This document shows, piece after piece, positions 19,650 to 30,076 of a stretch of 64,000 nt of DNA; within the stretch, counting starts at the first letter, position 1; every line of letters starts with the position of its first letter. The translations under genes were made by a program, and so were the position numbers. The notes below the pieces were generated by a model. The model saw only the letters and a program-made list of their open reading frames with translations. It did no database searches and was not told where the DNA came from. The stretch comes from Candidatus Latescibacterota bacterium (lineage in GTDB: Bacteria; Latescibacterota; UBA2968; UBA8231): contig CBDETY010000003.1 in assembly GCA_965243025.1 (NCBI GenBank), positions 448,001 through 512,000 on the forward strand. The letters run 5' to 3'.

Positions 19650-20603
19650 ATGGTCCTTATCGGTCGTTCTCTAATGGCTCTGGGCCTCCTTCTCCCGCTG
19701 ACAGTGCCATTCGGTGCCCATGTGGGTGATCGTGTGTACCCGATCGCCTACCTCAGCGACGAGACGCTCGAGGAGATCCGGCTCGACGACGGGTCGGTGG
19801 ACGAGTGGTACGAGCTGGTCGGCGAACCCACCATGACCCTGCTGGATTTCACGGAAGAAAATGAAGGTTCGGCACCTGATCCTGCCGACCTTGACTTCCG
19901 CATCTGGCTGGCCTGGCACGACGAACCAGCCCGGTTATATGTGGCTTATGTGGCCAGCGATGACGTATACAAGAACGGACACGATTACAACGTGGATTGG
20001 GCCACATCCTCACGGGATAATATGTATAAATATGACAGCATCATGCTGGCATTCGACGGAGACCATAGTGGGGGTGCTGGCTGTACTATTTGCCCAGAGG
20101 AGTTAGCGTTGGATCTCTCTGGACAAACTCAGAGATATATGGCCGTTGCCCATAGCAATGGTCCGAACTTGGATGACCCGGCCACTAGGTTCTATACCGA
20201 TTCGTTTGCCTGGACAGTGTTGCCCCCCTATGGGGAGGGGAGCGGCCGCGTTGCAGGAGAAGCTCCCGCGATAAGCGTTATCGAGCTGTGGGTTACCCCA
20301 TTCGACCAGAAAGGTAAGGCGTGGGATAGCGTCGAAGATGTCGTTGTCAGCGATCTGGCTGCCGGTAAAATCGTTGGTTTTACGATTGCAGTGCATGATT
20401 ATGACCCACCTGATAATTCCTGGATGCAGTGGAGTCCCGAAGCCACTTCTGACACAGACTGGGATACCTTCTTTACTATATTGGGCTATAAAGCGGATCG
20501 TTTTTTCGATGGTATTCTGCTGCCCGAATTGGACGAACCGGAAGTCTCTGCGATCTCGTCGGATTCTTGGGGACGAATCAAAGCCTCCTTGGAGATTGAG
20601 TAG
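19650..20603 (+). CDS. Secreted CBM9/DOMON-like protein with SWGRIKASL tail
   Basis: FGA|HVGDRVYP, DLDFRIWLAWHDEP, DGDHSGG and SAISSDSWGRIKASLEIE. Confidence 0.82.
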   Translation: MVLIGRSLMALGLLLPLTVPFGAHVGDRVYPIAYLSDETLEEIRLDDGSVDEWYELVGEPTMTLLDFTEENEGSAPDPADLDFRIWLAWHDEPARLYVAYVASDDVYKNGHDYNVDWATSSRDNMYKYDSIMLAFDGDHSGGAGCTICPEELALDLSGQTQRYMAVAHSNGPNLDDPATRFYTDSFAWTVLPPYGEGSGRVAGEAPAISVIELWVTPFDQKGKAWDSVEDVVVSDLAAGKIVGFTIAVHDYDPPDNSWMQWSPEATSDTDWDTFFTILGYKADRFFDGILLPELDEPEVSAISSDSWGRIKASLEIE

Positions 20604-20609
20604 CTAAGG

Positions 20610-20842
20610 TAACCGGTTTTCACGTGGTAATTTACGACTACGACTCAGGGGAGGAAGCCAGGACTGCGTGGACGCCCGGAATGACGTATTCGTCGATGCT
20701 TGACGTATTTCCCGATCTGGACCGCTATATTGGCGGCCTTTTGCTGGTTGCATACGGGATAGTAAAATCAGGCGAAGGAGAAGACAGCGCGATGGAATCC
20801 GTATCTTGGCCGTGGATCAAGCCGCCTTGCAGGAGGAGTAAG
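20610..20842 (+). pseudogene. C-terminal fragment of a CBM9/DOMON-like gene
   Basis: GFHVVIYDYD...GGLLL...EDSAMESVSWPWIK matches the last third of the family. Confidence 0.65.
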
Positions 20843-20844
20843 GC

Positions 20845-21719
20845 ATGAGCCCTTCGATCTTGGCCGCCTTCCTGTTGCTTGTACTGTTGTTAGCCGATGG
20901 CCCTCCTGCGACAGCCCATGACCGCGGGGGAAGCGTATTCGTTCTTTCCCAGGACGGGGGTTCTCCCAGGCGCGTTTCGGTGGTGGACAGCACGGACATG
21001 CCCTGCTGGATGCCGGACGGCCGGGGCGTCTTGTACGTTGCCCATACGAGCAGGGTGAACGCCTTCCATCTAGTGTCCACGGCTCGGGTTTTACTCTTGA
21101 ACATTCCCATACGTTCCCCCTTCATTAGCGTGGCCGGAGTATCCGCCAAGCCGGGCGGGGCGGGGCGGAAATAGCCTTCGGTAGTGAAATGGAAACCGGG
21201 AGGTGGGACATTTTCCGCATGGGCATCGCGGCCGCAAACGGGCCGGAGCTAATGGTCCCGGACGGGATCTTTCCCGCTTGGTCCCCCGATGGCCAGCACT
21301 TCGCGTTCACCACGTACCGCACGGGCGACATGGAGCTGTTCCTCGCCGACCAAACGGGGAAAAACTTCCGCAACCTGACCAACCACCCGGCCTATGATGC
21401 CCGGGCAACGTGGTCCCCGGACGGTCGCCGCCTGGCTTTCGAATCGGATCGCTACGGCAACATTGAAATCTGCGCCCTTGAAGTGGAAACCGGGGCCGTG
21501 ACCCGGATGACGAACCACCCCGGTGAAGATCGGGAACCGGCTTGGTCCCGCAACGGAGAAATCGCCTTTGCGTCCAATCGGGAGGGCGTGTTCAGCATCT
21601 ACCGCATGGCGCAGGACGGAACAGCTGTCACCCGATTGACCATGGGCAGCCAAGACCGCCAGCCTGCTTGGGCTCCGACCGGCGACAGTCTGTGTTTCGT
21701 TTCTAGGCCGAATCGATAG
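20845..21719 (+). pseudogene. TolB-like PD40 propeller split by a frameshift/stop near 21150-21190
   Basis: Signal ..ATA|HDRGGSVF in 20845-21174 and PAWSPDG blades in 21189-21719; collinear with 51197-52135. Confidence 0.75.
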
Positions 21720-21959
21720 AAAGTCAGAGTTCGATCTAGTTTAGGTGGTGTCCTGTGGCACGAGGGCAACCAGATTTGGCTCCGGTCCTACCGGCACGGT
21801 CTACGCACCCAGGAGATCAGAACAGGCCCCCTGGAGATCAGGCACTGATCGTCCCCGATTCTCCCATCTCCTCCCCGAAAATAGCAGTGGCTTCCACATT
21901 CTCCAGTGTCAGCCATAGATCACGATTCCGAGTATGGAGATTCCGAGTATGGACCGGTC

Positions 21960-22072
21960 AAGTTTGCCGATGGGTTGCTTGTCCCTGTTGGTGGACTGGA
22001 AACTGCAGTGGAGTCGGCTTCGTAGAGTCGTATCAAGGAAGAGCGCGGTCGAGTCGGTTTCCTGGGGGCGGA
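21960..22072 (+). pseudogene. Two orphan C-terminal tail remnants
   Basis: FADGLLVPVGGLETAVESAS*SRIKE, followed by SAVESVSWGR. Confidence 0.65.
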
Positions 22073-22122
22073 GCCCAGGCCGCCAGACTTTATCCGGGCA
22101 AATCCCCGTTTTTCGGAAAATG

Positions 22123-22209
22123 TCACCCGATCGGGTGACACGAATGTCACCTGATCAGGGGACAGAAAAATCACCTGATCAGGTGACAAAAAATCACCTG
22201 ATCAGGTGA
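22123..22209. promoter_or_regulatory. Array 4: four palindromic units
   Basis: Units at 22123, 22147 (one mismatch), 22171 and 22194; flanks nearly identical to array 1; GATCTT at 22233. Confidence 0.85.
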
Positions 22210-22351
22210 TGCGGGAGCCGTCCGTCCGGTGCGATCTTTAAATCCAGGACAAACGAAAGATGGAATGGTTTCGCAGAAATGAGGAAGGGCGGCAGAAAGG
22301 AGAAGCCGCGACGCGCGCACCCGGGCAACGCGGCGAAGGAGTGACCGTATC

Positions 22352-22783
22352 ATGACCATCAGGGTATTACTGGCAGACGACCACCAAATGCTGCGAGAAG
22401 AGGTCAGGAAGTTTCTTGCCGGGCAGGACGGCATGGAGGTGGTGGGAGAGGCGGTCGACGGGGAATCCGCCCTGGAACAGGCGCGCCGGCTGCATCCCGA
22501 CGTCGTCGTCATGGACATCAGCATGCCGGGCGGCGGCGGCATCAACGCCACCCGGCAGATCGGCGCCGAACTGCCCGAGGTGCGGGTGGTGGCCCTTTCC
22601 ATTCACAGCGAAAGGATCTACGTCCAGGCGATGCTCGGGGCGGGTGCTTCGGGGTACGTCGTAAAGGATTCGATAGCCCGCGATCTGGTCCCGGCGATCG
22701 AAAGCATTGCCGCGGGCAAGCGGTATTTCAGCCCGGAGATCGACGGACTCGACGACATCGAAGGAGGGAGCCGGGCATGCTGA
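22352..22783 (+). CDS. Receiver-only NarL-type response regulator (no HTH)
   Basis: IRVLLADDH, VMDISMP, GYVVKDS; ends shortly after RYFSPEI. Confidence 0.82.
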   Translation: MTIRVLLADDHQMLREEVRKFLAGQDGMEVVGEAVDGESALEQARRLHPDVVVMDISMPGGGGINATRQIGAELPEVRVVALSIHSERIYVQAMLGAGASGYVVKDSIARDLVPAIESIAAGKRYFSPEIDGLDDIEGGSRAC

Positions 22784-22872
22784 GGCGCGGTTTCCCGGGG
22801 GCGGATCAAAGCCTCCCTGGAGTTCGTGGGCAATCCAGTCCTGGGTTGCACGGGCCCCCCCGAGGCGAACCG

Positions 22873-24765
22873 GTGACTTCCATTATAAGGAAGGTCCTCC
22901 ATTCCCCGGCTTCCGGTCTTTTTCCCGCATTGCTTCTCCTTCTGCCGCCCCTTGTAACATCCGCCGCCGCGGTCGACTCCCTGGTGGTCGGCCAGAACTC
23001 CCGTCAGGGGGGCTGGAACAAGCTCCGGGAGGCTTCCCGGTTCATGGGTGTCGGCGCCGACTCCATCTGGATGTGGGGGGTCGACCCGGACGCCAACCTC
23101 TCCCTGACCATGGGACAGCGGGAGGGCCGGGTCTTTCGGATCGTACCGGGGTTCCTGGGGCCGATCGGGGTAGAGATAGCAGGGGCCGAGGTGCTCGCCG
23201 ACGGCGACCCTTTGACCTACTACGACGCCGACATTTTTTCCCGGCAGGCTCAGAGGCCCGGTCTCGGACGGACGACCGCCATCCACCTCGATCTCGGGGG
23301 CACCTTCCGCGTCAACCGGATCCGCCTGTTTCCCCGCCTCGACCCGCGCAACCAGCGCCGCTTCCTGCAGGAGTTCTCCGTCGCCACCCACCCGTCGAGC
23401 CTTTACGGCGACTTCGAGGAGCTGTTCTCCTTCTACCCCGCCCTTCCCAACTTCCAGCCGGTGGTCGAGAAGCGGTTCGATTCGCGCGACGTTCGCTTCG
23501 TCCGCATCGCCCCGTCCTCGCAGCGGTCCTGGGAGATCGCCGAGCTCGAGGTCTACGGGGACGGGTCGCTGCCGACGGGGGAATACCGCTCTGAGTCGAT
23601 GCGGGTGGGATTCAAGGTTTTCGGCCTGGTCCGCTACGAGGGCCGGGGGGTCGATTCCTCCCCGGTGCTGATCCACACCCGGGTGGGGCCCGACAGGGAA
23701 GCGGAGTGGTACTTCCTTCTCGAGGAGGACGGGGACGAGATCTACAGGGCGAAGAACAGGGCCGAGTACCTGGCCGCCCCCCCTCACCTGCACGGACCGA
23801 TCCGTCCGAACCCGAACTGGAGCAGCTGGGAGCCGGTGTCGCAGGGGGTGGTGCGCTCCCCGAACCTCGAGACGTACATGCAGTTCCGGGTGCGGCTGTT
23901 CACTCCCGGAGTCCGCCTCGACCGCCTGGTGTTCGAGACGATCTTCCCGCCCCTGGTGCAAAGCGTGGTAGCCGAGGTGAGCCCGGACACAGTGGCCGCC
24001 GGGGTGGAGACGGAGTTTGCCCTGGCGATGCTGGCTCACATGAAGGTGCCTACCTCCGGAAGCCGGGTCGGACGCAGCGATACCGGTTTCGAGCGCATCC
24101 TGATAGAGACCGATGCCCACATCGGGCGGGTGCGGCAGGTCCGCATCGACGACCGCGCCGTGGCTTTCACCTCCCGGCGGCACCCGAACGGCCTGTACGT
24201 CGACCTGCGGCGCCAGGTGGAGCAGGACGGGTCGTTCATCCAGGTGATCTTCCGCGGCACCGTGTACCGCGACAAGACCGCGTTCCGGGTCCGCGTCCTC
24301 GACGACCGCGTGGTCGACAAGCGGACCAGGGACGGCACCGTCGAAATCGAGGAGACGGGGTATCACTTCGCCGCCCCCGGGGACGCCGACGCCCAGACTT
24401 CGGCGCAGGGGCTGGTCGTCACCCTCGAGAAACAGGGGGAGCGCGCCCCGCTGCTGGCCAACTTCGAGGTCGGACACCGGGTGCTGACCCCGAACGGGGA
24501 CGGGATCAACGACGAGCTGAAGATCGGCTACTCCCTGCTGACGGTGACGCGGCCTTCTCCGGTGGAGCTGTTGCTGTTCGATCTCGGCGGGCGCCGGGTG
24601 GCCTCCGTCGAGGCGGTGCAGCCGGTCGGCAACCACCGGCTGTCATGGGACGGCCGCGGCAGGGACGGGGGCCTGGTTCCCCCCGGGACATACATCTACC
24701 GGCTGCGGGTGCGCGGCGACGGCGATCCCGAGGTGCGGCAGGGGATCGTGGGGGTGGCGTACTGA
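22873..24765 (+). CDS. Secreted protein with discoidin-like region and C-terminal FlgD-Ig (TPNGDG) domain
   Basis: Probable GTG start with signal ..TSAAA|V; DLGG..RIRLFPR, EIAELEVYG, LTPNGDGIND, WDGRG..VPPGTYIYRL; ends GVAY. Confidence 0.72.
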   Translation: MTSIIRKVLHSPASGLFPALLLLLPPLVTSAAAVDSLVVGQNSRQGGWNKLREASRFMGVGADSIWMWGVDPDANLSLTMGQREGRVFRIVPGFLGPIGVEIAGAEVLADGDPLTYYDADIFSRQAQRPGLGRTTAIHLDLGGTFRVNRIRLFPRLDPRNQRRFLQEFSVATHPSSLYGDFEELFSFYPALPNFQPVVEKRFDSRDVRFVRIAPSSQRSWEIAELEVYGDGSLPTGEYRSESMRVGFKVFGLVRYEGRGVDSSPVLIHTRVGPDREAEWYFLLEEDGDEIYRAKNRAEYLAAPPHLHGPIRPNPNWSSWEPVSQGVVRSPNLETYMQFRVRLFTPGVRLDRLVFETIFPPLVQSVVAEVSPDTVAAGVETEFALAMLAHMKVPTSGSRVGRSDTGFERILIETDAHIGRVRQVRIDDRAVAFTSRRHPNGLYVDLRRQVEQDGSFIQVIFRGTVYRDKTAFRVRVLDDRVVDKRTRDGTVEIEETGYHFAAPGDADAQTSAQGLVVTLEKQGERAPLLANFEVGHRVLTPNGDGINDELKIGYSLLTVTRPSPVELLLFDLGGRRVASVEAVQPVGNHRLSWDGRGRDGGLVPPGTYIYRLRVRGDGDPEVRQGIVGVAY

Positions 24766-27401
24766 TGACGGGCCTGATGACAGGCGCAGCAGCCTCCCGG
24801 GCGAAACCACCCGGCCGCCGCATGCCGGGAACAGGGCCGCACCCTGACCGCGGCCGGCCGTTCCAGGCGGCGCATCCGGCCATGAGCCTCCTCACCCGGC
24901 ACTGTCGTTCGATCCTGCTCTGTGTGTTCCTGCTCGGCCCGGCACTGGCGAACGCCCAGGACGGCTACACCGTCGCCGGCAAGCGCCTCATCGTGCGCGG
25001 GGACGGCCACTGGCGGGACTGGAAGGGGGCTGTCGGCGGGCACCTGATCGAGGAGGGGGAGGTGAAGCCGAGATTCCTGCGGCGCGGCATCAACGCCATG
25101 CTGAACGCCACCGACTTCGAGGTGATCGCATCGGGAGATACGGTCATCGGGGGGGTGCGCCTGGTCGGCGCCGGCCGGGAGACCGCGGCCCTGGTCATGG
25201 ACGGCGACCCCTTTACCTACTGGGAACCGGAGGACCCCGACTCGCTGCAGAACTGGTTTATCGAGGTGGACCTCGGGCGCGCCGTGATCGCCGACCGGGT
25301 GCGGGTGAAGTTCGCCGGGGATGGGGCGGGAGACCCGTTCCTGAAGTTCCGCGTGCTGATGTCGAACGGGCGCGCCTCCACCAACACCGCCAGCCGCTAC
25401 GACGCCGAGTTCTACCGCGTCGCCCAGGTGACCCGCCGCAACAAGGAGCAGCGCGAGTTCGAGTTCGAGGTGCCGCCGCAGCGGCCGCTGCCCCCCGGGG
25501 TCGCCGGCGAGGTGGCGCAGATCGTCCGCCTCGAGGCGCTCGACACCGACGGTCCGCGCGGCGAGGAGGTCACCCCGGAGGAGTACGCACTGCTGTCCGC
25601 CCACGACCAGGGGGCGGTCGAGCATTTCCGCGTAACCGTCGCCGGGCGCGAGATCCTCGTCGAGGAGGAGACCTGGCAGGAGCTGCCCGCCGTGGAGCAG
25701 GGCCCGGTCCGCTACTACCGGCACGAGCGCGCGCGCGTCGCCGAGCTCGAGGTCATCTCCCTCGGCGACAACGCCGTCGGCCTGACGCAGCGCCTGCGCA
25801 ACCGCGCCACCGACCTGTTCGAGGATATCGTCCTGACCGTCTCGACCGACGGTCTCTACTCCTCCTTCTACCCGATGCGCCTGTACGACCCGCTGCGCAA
25901 CCGCAACCAGCTCCTCGTCGATCTCGGCGCCAGGTTCTGGATCGACCGCATCCGGCTGCTCAGCGCCCAGGACGCCCTCACCGCATACCAGCTGCGCGTC
26001 TCGGACGGCTCCGTCGACCCCAACGGCAACCGCGTCTGGGAGGATTTCGAGGAGCGCCACAACCGGGAGGCGTTCCTGCAGCTCGAGGAGCGCTTCCCGC
26101 CGCGGGAGGTGCGGCTGATCGAGCTGCGCCGTCTCGAGCTCTCCGGGGCGCGCTCCGAGATCAACCGCAGCCTGAGCGAGCTGCAGGCGTACGGCGAGGG
26201 GTACGTCTCCGAGGTCGTGCTGGAGTCCCCCATCATCAAGCTCGGAACCTCGCGCATCTTCACCGGGGTCTCCTGGGAAGGGGAGGCGCCGGAGGGAACC
26301 CGGCTCGAGGTGCGCAGCCGCAGCGGCGACGACCTGCTGGTGGTCAACAGGTACTACGACCTGTTCGGGCGCGAGATCAGCGAGCAGCAGTGGGAGGAGA
26401 CCTCCGAGCGCAACCGGGGGTTCACGACCACCGAGGAGTTCACCGGCGAGGGCTGGAGCGCCTGGAGCGAGCCGTACCGCGAGCAGGGGGAGCCGTTCCG
26501 GTCTCCCAGCCCGCGGCGCATGCTGATGCTGCAGGCGCGCCTGTCGACCGCGGATCCGCTGCGGGCCGCGAGCATACGGGGCATCGAGCTGGGGCTGGAG
26601 GCGCCGCTCGTCGAGCAGACCTTCGCCGAGATCTGGCCGAACCAGGGGGTGCGCCCCGGAAGGGAGGAGGAGTTCGCCATCTGGATGCGGCCCGAGTTCC
26701 AGAGCGGCGATTCCGGGTTCGACCGCATGCGGGTGCGCTCCTCCTCGGCGGCCCCGATCGAGCTGGTGTCGCTGCAGGCCGGGAACGAGGCGCAGCTGCG
26801 CGGCGGCCGCGGCAGGAGCCTTTTGTCCGGTGGCGCCCGCGTCGAGGCCCTGGAAGAAGGCGGGGTGGTCGTCGAGCTGCCGCGAAGGGTTTCCGGCGGC
26901 GCCCTGCTCTACAAGGCCGGGATTCGGACGAAGGTGTTCCTGAGCGGGACGACGTTCACCGTGGAGCTGCTCAACTCGGAGCGCCCCGGGGTGGTGCAGG
27001 CATTTACCGAAGGGGACGCGGTCGGCGAGGTGCGCAGCGAGTCGATGGTGGTGGTCGCCGACGTCGAGGACGCCCCCATCCTCGAGCAGGTGCGGGCCGA
27101 GCCGGCCCTGTTCACGCCGAACGGCGACGGCGTCAACGAGACCACCCGGATCCGCTTCTCGGTGTTCCGCGTCAAGGGGGAAAGCGACCTGCGGATCGGG
27201 GTGTACGACCTGTCGGGCCGCAGGGTGCGCGACCTCGGCGGCGTGTGGGAGACCCCCAGCGGGGAGCACGCCGTACCCTGGGACGGCAGCGACGACGAAG
27301 GCCGGCGGGTGGGTCCGGGCCTGTACCTGGTGCGCGTCTCGGTACCTACCGACGCAGATGCTCCCGGATCGGGGCTGGCCGCGGTCGGGGTGGTGTACTG
27401 A
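24765..27401 (+). CDS. Secreted protein with tandem discoidin-like regions and C-terminal FlgD-Ig domain
   Basis: Coupled ATG at 24765 (alternative start 24882, signal ..ALANA|Q); two VDLG motifs, FTPNGDGVNE, WDGSD..GLYLVRV; ends GVVY. Confidence 0.72.
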   Translation: MTGLMTGAAASRAKPPGRRMPGTGPHPDRGRPFQAAHPAMSLLTRHCRSILLCVFLLGPALANAQDGYTVAGKRLIVRGDGHWRDWKGAVGGHLIEEGEVKPRFLRRGINAMLNATDFEVIASGDTVIGGVRLVGAGRETAALVMDGDPFTYWEPEDPDSLQNWFIEVDLGRAVIADRVRVKFAGDGAGDPFLKFRVLMSNGRASTNTASRYDAEFYRVAQVTRRNKEQREFEFEVPPQRPLPPGVAGEVAQIVRLEALDTDGPRGEEVTPEEYALLSAHDQGAVEHFRVTVAGREILVEEETWQELPAVEQGPVRYYRHERARVAELEVISLGDNAVGLTQRLRNRATDLFEDIVLTVSTDGLYSSFYPMRLYDPLRNRNQLLVDLGARFWIDRIRLLSAQDALTAYQLRVSDGSVDPNGNRVWEDFEERHNREAFLQLEERFPPREVRLIELRRLELSGARSEINRSLSELQAYGEGYVSEVVLESPIIKLGTSRIFTGVSWEGEAPEGTRLEVRSRSGDDLLVVNRYYDLFGREISEQQWEETSERNRGFTTTEEFTGEGWSAWSEPYREQGEPFRSPSPRRMLMLQARLSTADPLRAASIRGIELGLEAPLVEQTFAEIWPNQGVRPGREEEFAIWMRPEFQSGDSGFDRMRVRSSSAAPIELVSLQAGNEAQLRGGRGRSLLSGGARVEALEEGGVVVELPRRVSGGALLYKAGIRTKVFLSGTTFTVELLNSERPGVVQAFTEGDAVGEVRSESMVVVADVEDAPILEQVRAEPALFTPNGDGVNETTRIRFSVFRVKGESDLRIGVYDLSGRRVRDLGGVWETPSGEHAVPWDGSDDEGRRVGPGLYLVRVSVPTDADAPGSGLAAVGVVY

Positions 27402-30076
27402 TGGGCAGGCTGCTGGCATTCCTGGCCGCGGCCGGCGCCGCCGCGCAGCTCTGCTGGGCCCAGTACCCCGGCGCCGTTCCCGGGGCGACTCCCACGGCCC
27501 TGCCCCGGGGCGTGGCCCCCTCCTTCGGCATGGAGGACGTGACCCCGGAGATCCACAAGAACTACGTCCCCGTCCACCTGCCCGAGTACCACCGCTATCC
27601 CTGGTTCGCCGCCGACCAGAGCTTCGCGACCGACTTCTTCAAGCGCTACCTCGACCGCCGGCTCGAGGGGGACGAGTGGTACGATTCCTTCGGCAACCAC
27701 CTCGGCCGCGGCTGGCTGGTCTACTCCTGGGAGCAGCGGCAGTCCCTGCGCAACGGCAGTTTCCTGCGCAAGAGGCCCGCCGACCCGAGAGCCACCAACA
27801 TGTACGGCAGCGTCTTCCAGAGCCTCGTCATCTCCTCGGACGTGCAAGGGCAGCACCAGTTCAGCCTGATGATCGGCGACCAGATCTCCACCCACCTGAC
27901 GCCGCTGACCTTCAACAAGCCCCGCTTCAACGGCCTGCGTCTCGAGGCAGCCTCCGACCGCCACCGGTCTACCCTGCTGCTGTCGCGCCCCAGCAGCCCG
28001 GACCAGGCGCGGCGCAGCAACTCGACGCACCTGTTCGGCGGCCATACGTCGTTCCAGCTCCACGACGCGGTCGCCATGGGGGTCACCTACGTCAACGCCC
28101 ACAACGCCCAGACGCAGGTCGACTTCAACGTCGGCAACCCGCTGCACGGGGCGCTGACGACGAAGCAGAACCAGCCGCTGAAGAAGGTGTGGGTGCGCCT
28201 GCGGGACGACTCCCCCGAGGACGGAATCGGCGGGGCTTCGCTGTTCCGCCACGAGATCATCCTCGTCGACCAGTCGGGGCGCGTGCACCGGGGCCGCGAC
28301 ATCGGGCTGCTGCCGAAGATCCGGGGCGGGGTGCTCCGGGAAGGGGCGATCGCCGCCGACGGCAGCGAGGCCGCGGTGCTGGAGTACGACCTCTCCTCCC
28401 TCGGCGAGGAGCACGGGATGGAGTCGCTCGACCTGCAGCGCGTCAGCTTCGAGCTGGCGGTGGCCGACGACTACCGCGTCGAGATGGCCTCGGACCTGCA
28501 GACCGACGGCGAGGTCCGCAACGCCGAGCCGGTCTTCACCACCGTAGCCCGCGCCCGCGGCAACGTCCGCGACAACAGCAACAGCAGGGTGCTGAAGCTC
28601 GACTACCTGCTGCCGACCGGTAACGAGCTGATCGGCGTCGACTTCAACGTCGTCGACGCCGGCGGCCTGTCGCTGCAGGGGGAGGCGGTGCTGAACCGGC
28701 ACCACGGCAAGTACCCCAACCTCGAGGAGGGGCTCCAGCACCACGCCGCCCGCAAGGCCCGCGCCGGCTACGCCCAGGTCGCCTACCAGCGCTTCCCGTG
28801 GAAGCTGTACGCCGAGCTGTTCTCGATCGACGACGCCTACGCCACCTCCTACTGGCTGACGCAATCGGACGGCACCATCCGCTTCAAGGCGCGCATTGCC
28901 GACCTCTACGAGTTCGTAGACGACGACGACGACTTCAACGCCGTCCCGGAATGGGAGCGGCCCTTCCAGCGCTCGACGCGGGAGGTCGCCTGGCCGGGGT
29001 ACGACGAGAACGGCGACTTCATCTACGACCACAACCAGAACGCCAACCTGTTCCCCGACTACGACGAGCCGTTCCTGCGCTACCGGTCGGACCGCCCCGA
29101 GTTCCTCTTCGGCACCGACATGAACCACAACGGCACCATCGACCGGTTCGAGAACGACCGCCTCCCGGACTATCCCTACCGCCGCGACCACCGCGGCTAC
29201 AACATCTACCTGAAGGTGCGGGCCGGCGGCGGCGGCAGTCTCCTGGCCGGGCGCCAGAACAGCGGCCTGATCTCCGGCGACGGGCGCACCCGGGCGCTCT
29301 ACGGGATGGCGACCTGGAAGCGGGAGCTGTCCGGGTTCGGGCAGGTGCGGGTCTTCGACTTCGGCGCCCTGGTCCGGGACGACATCCCCGACGACCTGCA
29401 GCGGTGGGTGCAGCCGGCAGGAGCCATCGGCCGCATGCAGGACGTCGAGGACCCGCTGGCCTCGCGCAACACCTGGAAGAACTCCTTCTACGCCGACCTC
29501 AGCCACCGCCTCGCCGAGGACCTGCGCATGCTGCACCGCTTCAAGTGGGACGTCGCCGTCCAGCGCGACGGGGACGAGGCCCTTTCGAGCCGGCTGGCCC
29601 GCAGACGGTCGGGGTTCGTCGGCCTCATCGACAAGGCGGAGTGGTCGCTGCCGGTCGGCCTCGGGTTCTTCGAGCCGCGCTGGAAGAGCGAGCTGCGCTT
29701 CGACCGCCCCTACCTCGCACGCCGGGAGAAGGCGGCCAGCGTCGAGGAGACCGTCTTCCTGACCTGGTCGCAGCCGCTGCTGGCCGAGCAGTCGCGGGCC
29801 TCGTACTTCGCCCGCTACGGCCGGCAGATCTTCGACACCCGGCTGCAGGTCGGCCTCGAGCTGTCGAAGCTGTGGATGCTCAAGGGGAAGCGGGCCGAGA
29901 TCGACCAGAACCTGCGCACCTGGACGGTGGTCGTGCAGCTGACCAACCAGGTCGCCTACCAGGGGTACCGGATCGTGACGCGCACCGGAATGCAGTGGAC
30001 GCGGCGGGCCTTCGAGTTCGGGCACCGCGAGCGGGCGAACCTGATGTTCTTCACCGTCAACGCGGGGCTGGAGTGA
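27401..30076 (+). CDS. Large exported, probably outer-membrane protein with Ca-binding-like DxNxDG/DxNxNG loops
   Basis: Signal peptide; DENGDFIYD and DMNHNGTID; alternating beta-strand C-terminus; paralog of 31998-34637. Confidence 0.62.
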   Translation: MGRLLAFLAAAGAAAQLCWAQYPGAVPGATPTALPRGVAPSFGMEDVTPEIHKNYVPVHLPEYHRYPWFAADQSFATDFFKRYLDRRLEGDEWYDSFGNHLGRGWLVYSWEQRQSLRNGSFLRKRPADPRATNMYGSVFQSLVISSDVQGQHQFSLMIGDQISTHLTPLTFNKPRFNGLRLEAASDRHRSTLLLSRPSSPDQARRSNSTHLFGGHTSFQLHDAVAMGVTYVNAHNAQTQVDFNVGNPLHGALTTKQNQPLKKVWVRLRDDSPEDGIGGASLFRHEIILVDQSGRVHRGRDIGLLPKIRGGVLREGAIAADGSEAAVLEYDLSSLGEEHGMESLDLQRVSFELAVADDYRVEMASDLQTDGEVRNAEPVFTTVARARGNVRDNSNSRVLKLDYLLPTGNELIGVDFNVVDAGGLSLQGEAVLNRHHGKYPNLEEGLQHHAARKARAGYAQVAYQRFPWKLYAELFSIDDAYATSYWLTQSDGTIRFKARIADLYEFVDDDDDFNAVPEWERPFQRSTREVAWPGYDENGDFIYDHNQNANLFPDYDEPFLRYRSDRPEFLFGTDMNHNGTIDRFENDRLPDYPYRRDHRGYNIYLKVRAGGGGSLLAGRQNSGLISGDGRTRALYGMATWKRELSGFGQVRVFDFGALVRDDIPDDLQRWVQPAGAIGRMQDVEDPLASRNTWKNSFYADLSHRLAEDLRMLHRFKWDVAVQRDGDEALSSRLARRRSGFVGLIDKAEWSLPVGLGFFEPRWKSELRFDRPYLARREKAASVEETVFLTWSQPLLAEQSRASYFARYGRQIFDTRLQVGLELSKLWMLKGKRAEIDQNLRTWTVVVQLTNQVAYQGYRIVTRTGMQWTRRAFEFGHRERANLMFFTVNAGLE

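Noticed and set aside
21924-21953. 15-bp direct repeat gattccgagtatgga x2
   Set aside because: A single duplication inside decayed pseudogene sequence, not seen elsewhere in the window.
8800-22830. Locus 1 as prophage, integron or IS-bounded island
   Set aside because: No integrase, transposase, attC-like sites, tRNA target or terminal repeats were found; composition differs only in patches.
22777-22872. ATG 22777 as start of the first FlgD-Ig gene
   Set aside because: This stretch is an orphan tail remnant in another frame; the signal peptide fits a start at GTG 22873.
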